From positions 448,001-512,000 of the forward strand of contig CAVOYH010000001.1 in assembly GCA_963700635.1 (NCBI GenBank): a stretch of DNA of 64,000 nucleotides, given 5' to 3'. Under the pieces are notes generated by a model. That model searched no databases. It was not told the DNA's origin and saw only the letters and a program-made list of their open reading frames with translations. Below, piece after piece: positions 20,014 through 31,935 of the stretch (positions within the stretch are counted from its first letter, which is position 1; every line of letters begins with the position of its first letter). The translations under genes were made by a program, and so were the position numbers. The stretch comes from an uncultured Bacteroidota bacterium. GTDB taxonomy: Bacteria; Bacteroidota; Ignavibacteria; UBA10030; UBA6906.

Positions 20014-22567
20014 AGCAAAGTGGCAGAAATACTGGGAACATCACCAAACGTTTCGAACGGAACCGCTGTCGACGAAACCCAAACTCTTTATCCTGGATAT
20101 GTATCCGTATCCATCCGGCGCAGGTTTGCATGTGGGACACCCGGAAGGATACACGGCAACGGACATCTTTGCACGCTACAAACGTATGCGCGGATTTCAT
20201 GTGCTGCATCCGATGGGATGGGATGCCTTCGGCCTTCCCGCCGAACGGTATGCAATGCAGACGAACATTCATCCGAAGAGTACGACCGAGCAGAATATTG
20301 CAACGTTCCGCCGCCAGATCAAGATGCTCGGACTGAGTTATGACTGGGAACGCGAGGTGGATACCACCGATCCGGGATATTACCGGTGGACACAGTGGAT
20401 CTTCCTTCAAATCTTCAACTCCTGGTATGATCCCCGGCGGAACAAGGCGCGGCCGATCGAGACGCTGGCAGAAGAGCTTTCTCAACACGGCTCCGCGGTG
20501 CTGCCCGATGAACCGCCCTTCACGGCGGCAGAGTGGAATAGGATGTCGTCCAAGGAACACCATGATCTCCTTGCACACTACCGGCTCGCTTACGTCGCAG
20601 AAATCCCCGTAAACTGGTGTGAGGGATTGGGGACCGTACTGGCAAACGAGGAAGTGGACGAATGGGTGGAAAAGGGGTATTCCGTCGAACGGCGCCCCAT
20701 GAAACAATGGATGATGCGCATTACGGCTTATGCCGAACGTTTGCTGGAGGATGCGGGTGAACTTGACTGGCCGTCCTCGACACTGGACCAGCAACGGAAC
20801 TGGATCGGACGGTCGGACGGCGCGGAAATTGATTTTCCACTGGCCCGCGGAGCCGGACGGCTGCGCGTCTTCACCACCCGTCCCGACACAATCTTCGGGG
20901 CAACCTACATGGTTCTCGCTCCCGAGCATCCGCTCGTGGATCAACTGACACTACCGGCACAACGAAGTGCCGTGGGGGAATACCGGGAGGTCGCCCGGCG
21001 AAAAAGCGAGCGCGACCGCGACATCGAACAGGATAAATCCGGAGTGGCCACCGGGGGCACCGTCGTCAATCCCGCCACGGGAGCGGAAGTCCCTGTCTGG
21101 ATTGCCGACTATGTGCTTATGGGGTATGGCACCGGAGCGATCATGGCGGTTCCGGGGCATGACGAACGAGACTATACATTTGCACGAAAATACGGTCTCC
21201 CGGTTGTCGAAGTAGTCCGTGGTGGCGATCTCAAGCACGAAGCGTACACCGGCGAAGGCACAGGGGTGAACTCGGCCAATGCGGAAGTCTCCTTGAATGG
21301 CCTGCCAACGCCCGAAGCCAAGTCCCGCATTATTGCCTGGCTCGTCGAAACAGGGTACGGCAGGGGAGTCGTACAGTACAAGCTGCGCGACTGGCTCTTT
21401 TCACGGCAGCGCTACTGGGGGGAACCGATCCCGATTATCCATCTCGAAGACGGGACCATGAAGAGCCTTCCGGAGAGCGATTTGCCCCTGTTGCTGCCCG
21501 ATCTGAAGAAGTTTCAACCAAGCGGCACGACGGAATCACCCCTGGCGCTCGCTACGGAATGGGTGAACGTCACCGATGCCGCAACCGGACTTCGCGGGCG
21601 CCGCGAGACCAATACCATGCCTCAGTGGGCGGGATCCTGCTGGTACTATCTGCGCTTCATCGATCCCCGGAACGACAGGGTGTTCTGTGATCCCGAGCTT
21701 GAACGATACTGGATGCCGGTAGACCTTTACGTTGGCGGATCCGAGCATGCGGTGCTTCACCTGATGTACGCCAGGTTCTGGCATAAAGTGCTGCATGATC
21801 TGGGACATGTCAGCACGAAGGAACCGTTTGTAAAACTCCGGCATCAGGGGATCATCCTGGGTGAAGATGGCCGCAAGATGTCCAAATCCCGCGGTAACGT
21901 GGTGAATCCGGATGATGTGGTGTCGCAGTATGGCGCCGATGCCATGCGGCTCTTCGAAATGTTCATGGGTCCCCTGGAAGAAATGAAACCGTGGAGCACG
22001 CGCGGCGTGGAGGGCGTCTACAGGTTCCTCAATCGCGTCTGGCGTCTTTATCTCGACGAGGCCGGAAATCTTGATCCCCGCCTGTCAACCGCCCCACCAT
22101 CGGCGGATCTGGAGCGGGTGTACCATGTCACGGTCAAGAAGGTGGGGGATGACATCGAGGGACTCCGCTTTAATACCGCAATCTCCCAGTTGATGATTTT
22201 CGTCAATGAAGTGATGAAGACAGACGAACGTCCGCGTGTTCTGCTTGAACCTTTTGTGCTCCTGCTCGCCCCCCTTGCTCCCCACCTGGCAGAGGAGCTC
22301 TGGTCCGCCCTCGGCCATGAACACAGTCTGATGCACGAGCCGTGGCCGGTATTCGACGCGGCAAAAATTGCGAGCGAGACCGTCGAAGTTGTTCTCCAGG
22401 TGAACGGGAAGATCCGCTCGAAAATGACCGCACCGACGGACGCTGCGGAAGCGGACCTCCAGCGGGATGCGCTTGCCGACGAGAACATACAGCGGCACGT
22501 CCAGGGCAAACAGGTGATCAAAACGATTGTCGTAAAGAACAAACTCGTCAATATTGTGGTACGGTAA
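19988..22567 (+). CDS. leuS: Leucine--tRNA ligase
   Basis: [16 protein letters not shown] (HIGH), [17 protein letters not shown]; GTG 19988 after AAGGA. Confidence 0.98.
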   Translation: MPYPFTTIEAKWQKYWEHHQTFRTEPLSTKPKLFILDMYPYPSGAGLHVGHPEGYTATDIFARYKRMRGFHVLHPMGWDAFGLPAERYAMQTNIHPKSTTEQNIATFRRQIKMLGLSYDWEREVDTTDPGYYRWTQWIFLQIFNSWYDPRRNKARPIETLAEELSQHGSAVLPDEPPFTAAEWNRMSSKEHHDLLAHYRLAYVAEIPVNWCEGLGTVLANEEVDEWVEKGYSVERRPMKQWMMRITAYAERLLEDAGELDWPSSTLDQQRNWIGRSDGAEIDFPLARGAGRLRVFTTRPDTIFGATYMVLAPEHPLVDQLTLPAQRSAVGEYREVARRKSERDRDIEQDKSGVATGGTVVNPATGAEVPVWIADYVLMGYGTGAIMAVPGHDERDYTFARKYGLPVVEVVRGGDLKHEAYTGEGTGVNSANAEVSLNGLPTPEAKSRIIAWLVETGYGRGVVQYKLRDWLFSRQRYWGEPIPIIHLEDGTMKSLPESDLPLLLPDLKKFQPSGTTESPLALATEWVNVTDAATGLRGRRETNTMPQWAGSCWYYLRFIDPRNDRVFCDPELERYWMPVDLYVGGSEHAVLHLMYARFWHKVLHDLGHVSTKEPFVKLRHQGIILGEDGRKMSKSRGNVVNPDDVVSQYGADAMRLFEMFMGPLEEMKPWSTRGVEGVYRFLNRVWRLYLDEAGNLDPRLSTAPPSADLERVYHVTVKKVGDDIEGLRFNTAISQLMIFVNEVMKTDERPRVLLEPFVLLLAPLAPHLAEELWSALGHEHSLMHEPWPVFDAAKIASETVEVVLQVNGKIRSKMTAPTDAAEADLQRDALADENIQRHVQGKQVIKTIVVKNKLVNIVVR

Positions 22568-22570
22568 CCT

Positions 22571-23392
22571 ATGGATCGACTCTCCGTTGTCCTCGTGACC
22601 TACAACGAGGAAAAGAATATCGATCGGTGTCTCGGCAGTATGCGCTGGGCCGACGAGATTGTCGTGGTGGATTCGTTCAGTACTGACCGGACGGTCGAGC
22701 GTGTCCGGGTCTATACCGACAAAGTGTTCCAGCACGAGTATCCCGGCACCAGCAAGCAGGTCGAACGGGGCATCGGGTATGCAACCGGAGACTGGATTTT
22801 CGTCATTGACGCTGACGAAGAAATATCGCCGGAATTGAAGGCAGAAGTGCAGCAGGTGCTGCGCGATGGATCGGACAAGGACGGTTTTACATTTATCCGG
22901 AAACCGAAGGCCTTTGGACGGTGGATCGAACACGGAGGATGGTTCCCGGATTTTCAGTTCAGGTTTTTTCGCCGGGAACGGTACTACCCGGAGCATCAGG
23001 AAATCCATGGCGGCTTTAACACCAGAGGATCCAAAGGAGCCCTGCAGGGTTACCTCTACCATCATACCTATGAGACCATCTACGCCTATGTGGAGAAGAT
23101 GAACGATTACACCTCTCTCCACGTCTCGAACAAGTTGAAAGATACACCTGTAAAAGACGTCCGCTGGCGACACCTGATTCTAAACCCCCTCTCCCATTTT
23201 CTTCGTATGTATTTTTCACGCAAGGGGTACAAGGATGGATTTCACGGTTTTGTGCTGGCGCTGCTCGATGCGAATTATGCCATGTTGATGTATGCAAAAC
23301 TCTGGGAATACAGAATGCGGCAGGAAGAAGGTGAGGGGCATCTTCCACCGATCACGAACGCGGAGCTGAACGTTTTGAAGAGACGCACATGA
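22571..23392 (+). CDS. GT2 glycosyltransferase (WaaE/KdtX-like)
   Basis: TYNEE, VDSFSTDRT, IDADE, GYKDGFHG. Confidence 0.88.
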   Translation: MDRLSVVLVTYNEEKNIDRCLGSMRWADEIVVVDSFSTDRTVERVRVYTDKVFQHEYPGTSKQVERGIGYATGDWIFVIDADEEISPELKAEVQQVLRDGSDKDGFTFIRKPKAFGRWIEHGGWFPDFQFRFFRRERYYPEHQEIHGGFNTRGSKGALQGYLYHHTYETIYAYVEKMNDYTSLHVSNKLKDTPVKDVRWRHLILNPLSHFLRMYFSRKGYKDGFHGFVLALLDANYAMLMYAKLWEYRMRQEEGEGHLPPITNAELNVLKRRT

Positions 23393-25236
23393 TCATATAC
23401 CGCAGGGTTCTCCGGTATCTCCGGCCGTACTGGCACAAGCTGGCGGCATCCATGGCGTGCTCCGTCATGTTCTCACTGTCCAGCGGCCTGTCCATTTATC
23501 TGACCATCCCGCTTCTCGAAACGTTGTTCTTCACCCCCTCCACCGACGCTCCGGTGGCGCCGGCTGCAACACCGGCATTGTCCATAATGCCCGGCTGGAT
23601 GGTTACGCTGAAAGACGATGTGTCGCATCTCTTTCAGGAGCTGATCTTCCGGGACAACCCGGCCGATTCGCTGTTTAATATCTGCATTGTGGTTGTTGCA
23701 GCATTCTTTCTCCGGAATATTTTCGGATATCTCCAGTCAAATTTGATGGTGGCCGTGGAACAGGGACTGATCCGTGATCTGCGGAATTCCCTCTACGGGC
23801 ACATCCATGCATTGCCCCTGGCCTATTTCACCAATGAGCGCACCGGCAATCTCATTTCGCGGATCATGAACGACGTCCCTGTCATTAATACGGGCATATC
23901 CGCGACGTTTCAGACACTTATCCGCGAACCGATGCTCATTACTGTGTACCTGACGATCACACTGATCATCAGCTGGAAACTGACGCTGATTGCATTTGTC
24001 GTGTTTCCTCTCGCGCTGCTGGTGATTGCCGGAATCGGGAGGCGTGTGCACCGCGAATCGGGGTTTGTGCAGGAACGAATTGCCGATCTGACTTCGGTGC
24101 TGCACGAGACGATCTCGGGAGTCAAGGTGGTGAAGGCGTTCGGGATGGAAGAGTTTGAGAACCGGAAGTTTGCCCGCGAAGGGCAGGGGTATCTCGACAC
24201 CATTCTTCGTGTCACCCGCATCCGGAACCTCGCGTCACCCAGCACCGAGTTTCTGAGCGCTGCCGCAGGAGCCGTCATCATCTGGTACGGCGGCATGCAG
24301 GTGCTGGAACATGGCACACTCAAAGCGAGCGAGTTCCTGGGATTCCTGTTTGCGATTTTCCAGTTGATGCCGCCCATCAAAGAACTGAGCGGGGTCAACA
24401 ACCGGATTCAGGAAGCCACTGCAGCCGGAAGACGGGTCTTTGAGATCCTGGACACGGAACCCGGAATCAAAGACCCGGCGGTGCCCGTCCGGATCGGTGA
24501 ATTCTCTTCGTCGGTAGAATTCCATCAGGTCGCCTTCCATTATGTAGTGGGAGATCCGGTCCTTGTGGATCTCTCCCTGACCATTCAGAAAGGGGAGGTC
24601 GTGGCCATCGTCGGCCCCAGCGGAGCCGGGAAATCGACGCTGGTGGACCTCGTCCCCCGGTTTTACGATCCCACAGCCGGCAGTATCACGATTGACGGTG
24701 TGGATCTGCGGGATATCGAAGTGAAGGCATTACGCGACATGATCGGCATCGTCACCCAGGAAACCATACTGTTTAACGACACCGTGCGGAACAACATCGC
24801 GTATGGTCTGGACGACTGTTCGATGGAGAGTATTGTGGCGGCGGCAAAAGCCGCGAACGCCCATCGGTTTATCACACAGATGCCCGACGGCTACGAATCC
24901 CGGATAGGAGAACGCGGGGTGAAGATTTCGGGCGGTGAGAGGCAGCGGCTCGCGCTCGCCCGGGCAATCCTGAAGAACCCGCCCATTCTGATCCTTGATG
25001 AAGCAACCTCGGCCCTTGACACCGAATCCGAGATCCTTGTCCAGGAAGCCATTGAACGGTTGATGGCCGGGCGCACGTCCATCGTGATAGCGCACCGGCT
25101 TTCAACAGTGCAGCATGCCGACCGCATCGTGGTTATCGAGGGAGGGCGTGTCGTGGAGAGCGGAAAACATACCGATCTCCTGAAGCAACGGGGGGGACTG
25201 TACAAAAAGCTGTTTGACATGCAATTCAGGGTATAG
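23389..25236 (+). CDS. msbA: MsbA-like lipid export ABC transporter
   Basis: TMD plus NBD: GPSGAGKS, ISGGERQR, ILDEATSALD; LPS context. Confidence 0.75.
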   Translation: MIIYRRVLRYLRPYWHKLAASMACSVMFSLSSGLSIYLTIPLLETLFFTPSTDAPVAPAATPALSIMPGWMVTLKDDVSHLFQELIFRDNPADSLFNICIVVVAAFFLRNIFGYLQSNLMVAVEQGLIRDLRNSLYGHIHALPLAYFTNERTGNLISRIMNDVPVINTGISATFQTLIREPMLITVYLTITLIISWKLTLIAFVVFPLALLVIAGIGRRVHRESGFVQERIADLTSVLHETISGVKVVKAFGMEEFENRKFAREGQGYLDTILRVTRIRNLASPSTEFLSAAAGAVIIWYGGMQVLEHGTLKASEFLGFLFAIFQLMPPIKELSGVNNRIQEATAAGRRVFEILDTEPGIKDPAVPVRIGEFSSSVEFHQVAFHYVVGDPVLVDLSLTIQKGEVVAIVGPSGAGKSTLVDLVPRFYDPTAGSITIDGVDLRDIEVKALRDMIGIVTQETILFNDTVRNNIAYGLDDCSMESIVAAAKAANAHRFITQMPDGYESRIGERGVKISGGERQRLALARAILKNPPILILDEATSALDTESEILVQEAIERLMAGRTSIVIAHRLSTVQHADRIVVIEGGRVVESGKHTDLLKQRGGLYKKLFDMQFRV

Positions 25237-25238
25237 TC

Positions 25239-26408
25239 ATGGTCTCCTTCAGGTATCTGATAACCGGACTGCTGTTCATTTTTGCGGCGTCCTGTTTCTT
25301 TTCGATCGCCGTGAATTCCCTGGCGCTCGGCCTCCTCGCGCTCATCTGGGCTGCCGAGATGATCGCCGGGCGGAGATGGAGTGTCTCTCCCACCCCCTAC
25401 GACTGGTTCTTCCTTGCGTATGTCGCCGCCGAGTTACTGGCCACGCTCTTTTCGGCCAATCAGGCACAATCATTGCTCTTTTCGAAGCGCGTTTTGCTGA
25501 TCGGGGTTGTCTATGCCGTAGTCACCCATCTGCCAGAGGAACGGGATGTCCGTCGGTTTCTGGTCGTCCTGCTCGGAAGCGCTACGGTGGTGGCTACGAT
25601 CGGTGTCGCCAAGCTGATCCTTGCGGATCCGGCGGACGTGGTACGGCTTGGCATCTTTCAATTCTACATGACGACCTCCGAATTGATGATGATTGCGCTT
25701 CTGCTTGTCCTGCCCTTCGTGATCACTCCGGGGACGCCGCGCGGGGTCCGGATTGCGGGGATACTCGCGCTTATTCCGCTGGCGGTCGCACTCTATGCAA
25801 CGGTGACGCGCGGTGCATACCTTGCCGCAGCCGCGGGAGCGCTCTTTATTAGTGTGGTGAGGAACAGGAAGATGCTGCTGCCTCTTGCCGGTATCATCCT
25901 TCTTGTGATTCTCTTTGCGCCTCCCTATGTTGAACAACGACTCCAGAGTATCGTGGATCCCGGGCACCCGGAAAACGCCACCCGGATTGCACTCTGGCAG
26001 ACGGGATGGACGATCTTCAAGCACTATCCGGTGTTCGGCGTGGGTGACATCGACCTCAGGGAAGTGTACGATGCGTACACGGAAGTTGAGAACCCTGAAC
26101 ACCACGGACACCTTCACAGCGTTCCCCTGCAGATACTCGTGACACTCGGCGCCGTCGGGTTTATCGCTCTTTATGCCCTGTTCTTCCGGATCGCGGTGGT
26201 GGAATGGAAGACATACCGGCAGGTGAAGGAAGACTGGTTCCGGGGTTCTGTTGCCCTGGGTGCCCTCGGCGTGTTTGTGGGCTTTCACGTTATGGGACTT
26301 ACCGAATGGAGTTTCGGGGATCAGGAAGTCGTGATTCTGTTCTGGATATCGGTGGGTCTCTCTCTCGCGGCTGGACGTTTGCCTGCGCACACGAACGACA
26401 AGGAATAA
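25239..26408 (+). CDS. O-antigen ligase family protein
   Basis: Multi-TM; TRGAY, RIALW, PVFGVG, HLHS. Confidence 0.8.
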   Translation: MVSFRYLITGLLFIFAASCFFSIAVNSLALGLLALIWAAEMIAGRRWSVSPTPYDWFFLAYVAAELLATLFSANQAQSLLFSKRVLLIGVVYAVVTHLPEERDVRRFLVVLLGSATVVATIGVAKLILADPADVVRLGIFQFYMTTSELMMIALLLVLPFVITPGTPRGVRIAGILALIPLAVALYATVTRGAYLAAAAGALFISVVRNRKMLLPLAGIILLVILFAPPYVEQRLQSIVDPGHPENATRIALWQTGWTIFKHYPVFGVGDIDLREVYDAYTEVENPEHHGHLHSVPLQILVTLGAVGFIALYALFFRIAVVEWKTYRQVKEDWFRGSVALGALGVFVGFHVMGLTEWSFGDQEVVILFWISVGLSLAAGRLPAHTNDKE

Positions 26409-26420
26409 GGGCCAAGCGCC

Positions 26421-27215
26421 GTGGCGACACTGACGGTTATAACGCTGACGCTGAACGAAGAGCAGAACATCGTTCCCTGCCTGGAAAGCGTGCGATGGGC
26501 TGACGAGATTCTGGTCATCGATTCCGGCAGTACGGATAAGACCGTGGCTCTGGCGCGCACCTTTACAGACCGGATCTATACGGTACAATGGGAGGGATAC
26601 GGAGCGGCCCGTAATGTGGGGCTGACTCATGCATCGGGCGACTGGATCCTCTGGCTGGATGCCGATGAACGGGTGACGCCCGGACTGGCCTCCGAGATCC
26701 GCGACATCATCACGGAGAATGCAGGTGAAATCGACGGGTATGCCGTGGCCCGCAGGGCATATTTCCTCGGCCGGTGGATCCGACACTGCGGGTGGTACCC
26801 GGGGCGGGTGACGCGACTGTTCCGCCGCGGCAAGGGGAGATTCAGCGAGACCCGCGTGCACGAACAATTGTCCATCGATGGACCTGTGGCCCGCACGCGG
26901 CATGATCTGATCCACCTCACCGATCCGGACCTCCAGCACTACCTCCGGAAATTCAACCGTTATACCTCTCTCGCGGCGGAAGATCTGGCTGCATCGGGCA
27001 GAACGTTCTCGATCTTTGATCTCCTCTTCCGCCCGGCATTTCAATTTGTGAAAATGTATATCCTGAGAAGGGGATTTCTGGACGGAATGGAGGGATTTAT
27101 CCTGTCGATACTCTCGTCGGCATATGTGTTCACGAAGTACGCAAAACTCCGGGAACATTTGCACCATCAACGCACCCGGCCGGCACCAGAACGTGTGCCC
27201 TTATCCGAAGGTTGA
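26421..27215 (+). CDS. GT2 glycosyltransferase (WaaE-like)
   Basis: LNEE, DSGSTDKT, LDADE, VHE, GFLDGMEG. Confidence 0.88.
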   Translation: MATLTVITLTLNEEQNIVPCLESVRWADEILVIDSGSTDKTVALARTFTDRIYTVQWEGYGAARNVGLTHASGDWILWLDADERVTPGLASEIRDIITENAGEIDGYAVARRAYFLGRWIRHCGWYPGRVTRLFRRGKGRFSETRVHEQLSIDGPVARTRHDLIHLTDPDLQHYLRKFNRYTSLAAEDLAASGRTFSIFDLLFRPAFQFVKMYILRRGFLDGMEGFILSILSSAYVFTKYAKLREHLHHQRTRPAPERVPLSEG

Positions 27216-27238
27216 CCAACACCCCGCGGAGGTTCCGA

Positions 27239-27502
27239 ATGGAAGAAGCGCAGAAGTATCAACTTCTTTTTACCCAGCTGGTGATCATGTTCCATGCCGC
27301 CTGCATGCAGCAACTGGGGAAGGTCAAACATCCTGTTACCGAAAAACTCGAAAAGGATCTCCCCGCCGCCCAGAGCACGATTGACCTTCTCGACATGCTC
27401 CATGCAAAGACCAAAGGAAATCTTTCGCAGGAGGAGGAGCAGCTGGTCACACAGGTGGTCCAGGAGCTCAAGCTCGCATACGTGCAGGAAAACAAGCCAT
27501 GA
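27239..27502 (+). CDS. DUF1844 family protein
   Basis: QLGKVKHPVT...TIDLLDMLHAKTKGNL; GGAGG RBS. Confidence 0.8.
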   Translation: MEEAQKYQLLFTQLVIMFHAACMQQLGKVKHPVTEKLEKDLPAAQSTIDLLDMLHAKTKGNLSQEEEQLVTQVVQELKLAYVQENKP

Positions 27503-28377
27503 AACTCTCCATCATCGGAAACCTCGAAAAGCCCGGCCTGCAGGATGCGGTGGCGAAGCTGGTGAGGAGTCTCGGCGAAGGGAATGGTGATTTTGTGGTT
27601 GATGAGCAGATCGGCCCCTTGCTGCGCGGAGCCGGCGTCAAGCTGGCCGACCACCACCTCTGTTCTTTTGACCAGTGTGTAAAGGAGGGTGACCTGCTTG
27701 TCGCGTTCGGGGGAGACGGGACCATCCTTGCCGCTGCAAGCGCAGTCGGTTCCCGCGGGATCCCGATTCTCGGTGTGAATCTCGGGAAACTGGGATTTCT
27801 TGCGGAGCTCTCTCCGGATGAACTTCCGGCGGTGACCGGAGACCTTCTGGCGGGGCGATTCCTTGTGGAAGAACGGCTCGTGCTCGAGGCCAGCTCACCC
27901 GCACTCTCCGGACCGTCCATCTATGCAGTCAATGACATCGTCGTCTACAAATCGCGGTCCTCCCGGCTTATCGACGTGCATACCCACATCAACGGGGCGT
28001 TTGCCGTGACCTACCGGGGTGATGGGTTGATTGTATCAACGCCTACGGGATCAACAGGGTACGCACTCTCCAACTTCGGACCGATCGTCATACCGACGTG
28101 TAATGTTTTTGGCATCACGCCGATCTCTCCACACACGCTGAACGGCAGACCCATCATCGTGCCCGATACAAGCCAGATCCGGATCGTGGTGGAATCAGAC
28201 AGTGATGAGGTGCTGTTATCAGCCGATGGTCAGGAAGAGGCTCTGGCGAAACCTCCTCTGGAAGTGGTAATCGGAAAGGCGGGGTATCCGGTGCGGCTGG
28301 TGAAACGTGTGGACCGTTCGTACTTCGATGTGTTGCGGGCAAAACTCTTCTGGGGCGCCGATGCCCGGTCTGTTTAG
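27499..28377 (+). CDS. nadK: NAD kinase
   Basis: GGDGT, GVNLGKLGFL, GDGLIVSTPTGSTGY. Confidence 0.95.
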   Translation: MKLSIIGNLEKPGLQDAVAKLVRSLGEGNGDFVVDEQIGPLLRGAGVKLADHHLCSFDQCVKEGDLLVAFGGDGTILAAASAVGSRGIPILGVNLGKLGFLAELSPDELPAVTGDLLAGRFLVEERLVLEASSPALSGPSIYAVNDIVVYKSRSSRLIDVHTHINGAFAVTYRGDGLIVSTPTGSTGYALSNFGPIVIPTCNVFGITPISPHTLNGRPIIVPDTSQIRIVVESDSDEVLLSADGQEEALAKPPLEVVIGKAGYPVRLVKRVDRSYFDVLRAKLFWGADARSV

Positions 28378-28805
28378 TTGTTGAGGGCTCCTTCGCCGAT
28401 CCAGGCACGGATGCCGGTGATCTGATTCTGGTTTAATGCCCTGCGGTTCAGCGGCATTTGGGACCCGACCCTTCCTTCTATCCTCATCACAAGCGTACTC
28501 TGATCTGGCTGTCCCCTGACGATCACAAGTTGCCCGCCGAACATCAGGTTGTCATACGACGTGAGCCGGAGTCCGCTCTGCTGTTGCCCGTCGGCGTGAC
28601 AGCCCGTCAGGGCACAGGTCTGATTAAAAAGCGGCTGGACATGCTGGGTGAAGCTCACATTTGCAACCGGAAACACGATATTCGAAGGGCTGTCGCCGTC
28701 AACGGGGTTCTCATCTTTACAACCAATTCCCGACAGCAAACAGGCGGAGAGAATCAGCAGAGCGATTCGTGTACTCACGTCATTCTGCCTCGTTTTTTTG
28801 CGCAT
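28374..28805 (-). CDS. Lipoprotein with planctomycete-type cytochrome c domain
   Basis: Lipobox GIG-C; VSFTQHVQPLF, CALTGCH, MP axial ligand, WIGEGA. Confidence 0.75.
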   Translation of the reverse strand: MRKKTRQNDVSTRIALLILSACLLSGIGCKDENPVDGDSPSNIVFPVANVSFTQHVQPLFNQTCALTGCHADGQQQSGLRLTSYDNLMFGGQLVIVRGQPDQSTLVMRIEGRVGSQMPLNRRALNQNQITGIRAWIGEGALNN

Positions 28806-29448
28806 CCAGATACAATATCCCGCTCATGTGTGCCGAAACGACATAACTGTAGAACAGCGTGAAGAACATGCCCACGCCAAAAAGGAGAATTCCCGCTGGT
28901 GCCAGGGACTGAATCCCGACGGCGATGAGCGCGACAATAAGCGCGTTCTGCCAGTGCGCGGTAAATAGTCGGACGACGCGGACAACATCGATCGCGTCGC
29001 TGATATGTTCCCGCTCTGCAAACCGGTAAAGGATGATGGGAGAAATCAGCGTTAAGACCAGTCCGTAGGGGATCAGGAGCAGCGTGACACCGAACATGTA
29101 GATTGTAAAAATGATGGGGATTGCCTCGGTCTCATCTCCGGCGCTGCCTGCGATCAGCAGGCCGGCTACCGGAACGAGCAGCACCACCAGGACGGGAGTC
29201 AGGTACACCGCAAAGGACACGCAAAGTTTGAATCCGAGCACGATCTTCTTGCCGATATTGTTCCATGGCGGAAGTACCGGCTCTTCCTGGCGGATAACCC
29301 GCTGTGTGACCTGTACGAAATAGCCGGCGAGAACCAGGATGCCGATGCCGAAGAAACTCAGGATCATCCAGAGTGCGGCGCCGGCGGTTTTTGAAGGCCA
29401 GGCCGGATCCTTGAAAAACGAAGAGAATGCTTTTCCAATATCGTTCAT
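28780..29448 (-). CDS. DUF4013 family membrane protein
   Basis: DIGKAFSSFFKD...W, GYFV, LPPW; several TMs. Confidence 0.75.
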   Translation of the reverse strand: MNDIGKAFSSFFKDPAWPSKTAGAALWMILSFFGIGILVLAGYFVQVTQRVIRQEEPVLPPWNNIGKKIVLGFKLCVSFAVYLTPVLVVLLVPVAGLLIAGSAGDETEAIPIIFTIYMFGVTLLLIPYGLVLTLISPIILYRFAEREHISDAIDVVRVVRLFTAHWQNALIVALIAVGIQSLAPAGILLFGVGMFFTLFYSYVVSAHMSGILYLDAQKNEAE

Positions 29449-29524
29449 GAGAGTTCGGAGGTGTCCCTTGTAGAAGAAGTATACGGAAGGTTGGTCTTGT
29501 ATTCAAGCGCCTCATCGAATCCCA

Positions 29525-29553
29525 TTGCTTTTTTCACGCCTTTTCAGTATTCT
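29525..29553 (+). promoter_or_regulatory. Putative sigma70 promoter of tRNA-Ala
   Basis: TTGCTT-N17-TATTCT. Confidence 0.5.
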
Positions 29554-29610
29554 ATGGTGGAATCTGTGCAGTTGGTCGTGCTGTGTTTCCCGATTCGGAT
29601 TATCTCGTGC

Positions 29611-29683
29611 GGGGCTGTAGCTCAGTTGGGAGAGCGCGTGAATGGCATTCACGAGGTCAGGGGTTCGATCCCCCTCAGCTCCA
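29611..29683 (+). tRNA. tRNA-Ala(GGC)
   Basis: GGGGCTG/CAGCTCC acceptor stem with G3:U70, anticodon GGC in CGTGA/TCACG arm, TTCGA T-loop; 3' CCA tail not encoded. Confidence 0.97.
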
Positions 29684-29796
29684 CATAAGTCAGACTAAGA
29701 ATTCTGGATTCTCCATCGAGAATTCAGGGTTTCCTGGGACCTTCGTCGGGTCCCTTTTGCGTTTTGTAGGCAGGCCCGAACAACGTGGGAGCAACC

Positions 29797-31932
29797 ATGA
29801 GCCACCCTTCAAACACTAACCGGCTGGCAGCAGAAAAGAGCCCTTATCTTCTCCAGCATGCTACCAATCCGGTGGACTGGTACCCCTGGGGAGAAGATGC
29901 CTTTACCCGTGCCCGGACAGAGGACAGGCCGATATTTCTTTCCATCGGGTACTCTACCTGCCATTGGTGCCATGTTATGGAAAAAGAGTCCTTTGAAGAT
30001 CCCGCAATTGCCGGATTGCTTAATAGTCTGTTCATCCCGATCAAGGTGGATCGGGAAGAACGTCCGGATGTTGACCGCATGTATATGGCCGCGCTCCAGG
30101 CGATGGGACATAACGGCGGCTGGCCGATGTCCCTGTTTCTGACCCCTGACCTGCGTCCGTTCTACGGCGGTACATATTATCCGCCCGAGAACCGGTACGG
30201 ACGCGCCGGTTTCCCCCAGGTCCTCCGCAAGATTGATGAAGTCTGGCGGACCGAACGGAACACGGTGCTTGAGTCAGCCGGGAAGATCCTGGCCTACCTC
30301 GAGGAGGTCGCCGGTGCAACAGGTGAATCGCAGGTTGCGGCTGAGGGTATCGCCGCACGGTGTTTTGACGAGTTTGTGAGCACTTTTGACAGCGATCACG
30401 GTGGATTCGGGGGAGCACCGAAATTCCCCAGGCCCTCCGTCTTCCACTTCCTGGCCCGGCACCATTACCACACAGGGAACCGGGAAGCGCTCAGGATGAC
30501 GGATACCTCCCTGCGCGCCATGGCACGCGGGGGAGTCTACGATCACGTCGGGGGAGGATTACACAGATACTCCGTGGACGCCGGGTGGAGGGTGCCTCAT
30601 TTCGAGAAGATGCTCTATGACCAGGCCCAGTTTGTTCACGCCTGCCTGGATATGTTCCAGATCACCCGCGATCCCTTCTTTGCCTCCCTGGTTTCCGACA
30701 CGCTCGGGTATGTTCTGCGCGACCTGAAAGGAGGAGACGGGGCCTTTTTTTCCGCTGAGGATGCCGACAGTCCGCGCCCGGAAAACCCGGTGGAACATGG
30801 CGAAGGTGCGTACTACATCTGGACCGGACAGGAAATCAAGAGCCTGCTGCATGATGAAGCATCAGTCTTTTCTTATCACTACGGCGTTGAGGAAGACGGC
30901 AACGTTCCCGTTGATCCCCAGCATGAATTCACCGGACGGAACATTCTCTACCGCGCCAATGCAGAAGATGACACCGCACGGTTTGCCGGATGCACTGTTG
31001 AAGAACTCCGGGTGCGACTGGCTGCATCCCGCCGGAAGTTGTTTGAGGCCCGGCTTGCGCGCCCGAGACCACAACGTGATGACAAGGTCCTGACCTCCTG
31101 GAATGGGCTGATGATAGGCGCTGTTGCCAGGGCGTCGTTTGTTCTGGACATCCCGGCATATCTGCATGCGGCGGTTCAGGCTGCAGAGTTTGTGTTTTCC
31201 ACGCTCTATGATGTCTGGGGCGGAGTGCTGAAACGCCGGTACCGCGATGGTGAAGCGCGCCATGAAGCTCATCTGGAAGACTACGCCTTTTTGTCCAGCG
31301 GAATCCTCGCCCTGTATCGCGCTTCCGGAGACGTCACATGGCTGGAACGCGCCGTCGATCTGACGGCGACACAGGTGAGCCTGTTCTGGGATCAGGAACG
31401 CGGGGGGTTCTTCGATACATCGGGCAGGGACAAATCCGTTCTCGTCCGGATGAAAGAGCGGTATGACGGAGCGGAACCATCAGGCAATGCGGTGGCGGCT
31501 GAAAACCTGATCCAACTCGCCGCGCTTACGGGAAACCCTGAGTACCGGGTAAAAGCAGGAAAGATATTCACCTCACATTCACCCTGGCTCGAACGTCAAC
31601 CCTCGATCATGCCGTACATGGTGTCGGTTGTCGCTGTCGAGGCAGCCGGGGATTCTCAGCTCGTCATCGTGGGAGCGAATGACGATCCGCGCACACACGC
31701 ACTCCGGAAGGAGTTCGCTGTCCGGTTTCTCCCGGCGACTGTGCTTGTGCATGCTGGAGATGGTAAGGATCAGAAACGTGTTGCGGCGCTCTCTCCCGCA
31801 GCAGCCCGGCTGACACAGCACGCGGAGGAACCCACAGCATATCTCTGCGAGAATTTTACCTGCAAGCTTCCGGTTACTTCCCCCGCTGAGCTCGGGACGC
31901 TGCTTGACACAATGCAGCGTCCGCCCACGTGA
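29797..31932 (+). CDS. YyaL/SPATA20 thioredoxin-domain protein
   Basis: NRL...[33 protein letters not shown]. Confidence 0.92.
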   Translation: MSHPSNTNRLAAEKSPYLLQHATNPVDWYPWGEDAFTRARTEDRPIFLSIGYSTCHWCHVMEKESFEDPAIAGLLNSLFIPIKVDREERPDVDRMYMAALQAMGHNGGWPMSLFLTPDLRPFYGGTYYPPENRYGRAGFPQVLRKIDEVWRTERNTVLESAGKILAYLEEVAGATGESQVAAEGIAARCFDEFVSTFDSDHGGFGGAPKFPRPSVFHFLARHHYHTGNREALRMTDTSLRAMARGGVYDHVGGGLHRYSVDAGWRVPHFEKMLYDQAQFVHACLDMFQITRDPFFASLVSDTLGYVLRDLKGGDGAFFSAEDADSPRPENPVEHGEGAYYIWTGQEIKSLLHDEASVFSYHYGVEEDGNVPVDPQHEFTGRNILYRANAEDDTARFAGCTVEELRVRLAASRRKLFEARLARPRPQRDDKVLTSWNGLMIGAVARASFVLDIPAYLHAAVQAAEFVFSTLYDVWGGVLKRRYRDGEARHEAHLEDYAFLSSGILALYRASGDVTWLERAVDLTATQVSLFWDQERGGFFDTSGRDKSVLVRMKERYDGAEPSGNAVAAENLIQLAALTGNPEYRVKAGKIFTSHSPWLERQPSIMPYMVSVVAVEAAGDSQLVIVGANDDPRTHALRKEFAVRFLPATVLVHAGDGKDQKRVAALSPAAARLTQHAEEPTAYLCENFTCKLPVTSPAELGTLLDTMQRPPT

Positions 31933-31935
31933 GCC

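Noticed and set aside
25470-27170. 566-aa minus-strand ORF and many similar antisense ORFs
   Set aside because: Shadow frames of well-supported genes in GC-rich DNA; no recognisable motifs
29611-29790. Integration site at tRNA-Ala
   Set aside because: No integrase or att repeat nearby; only an imperfect hairpin follows
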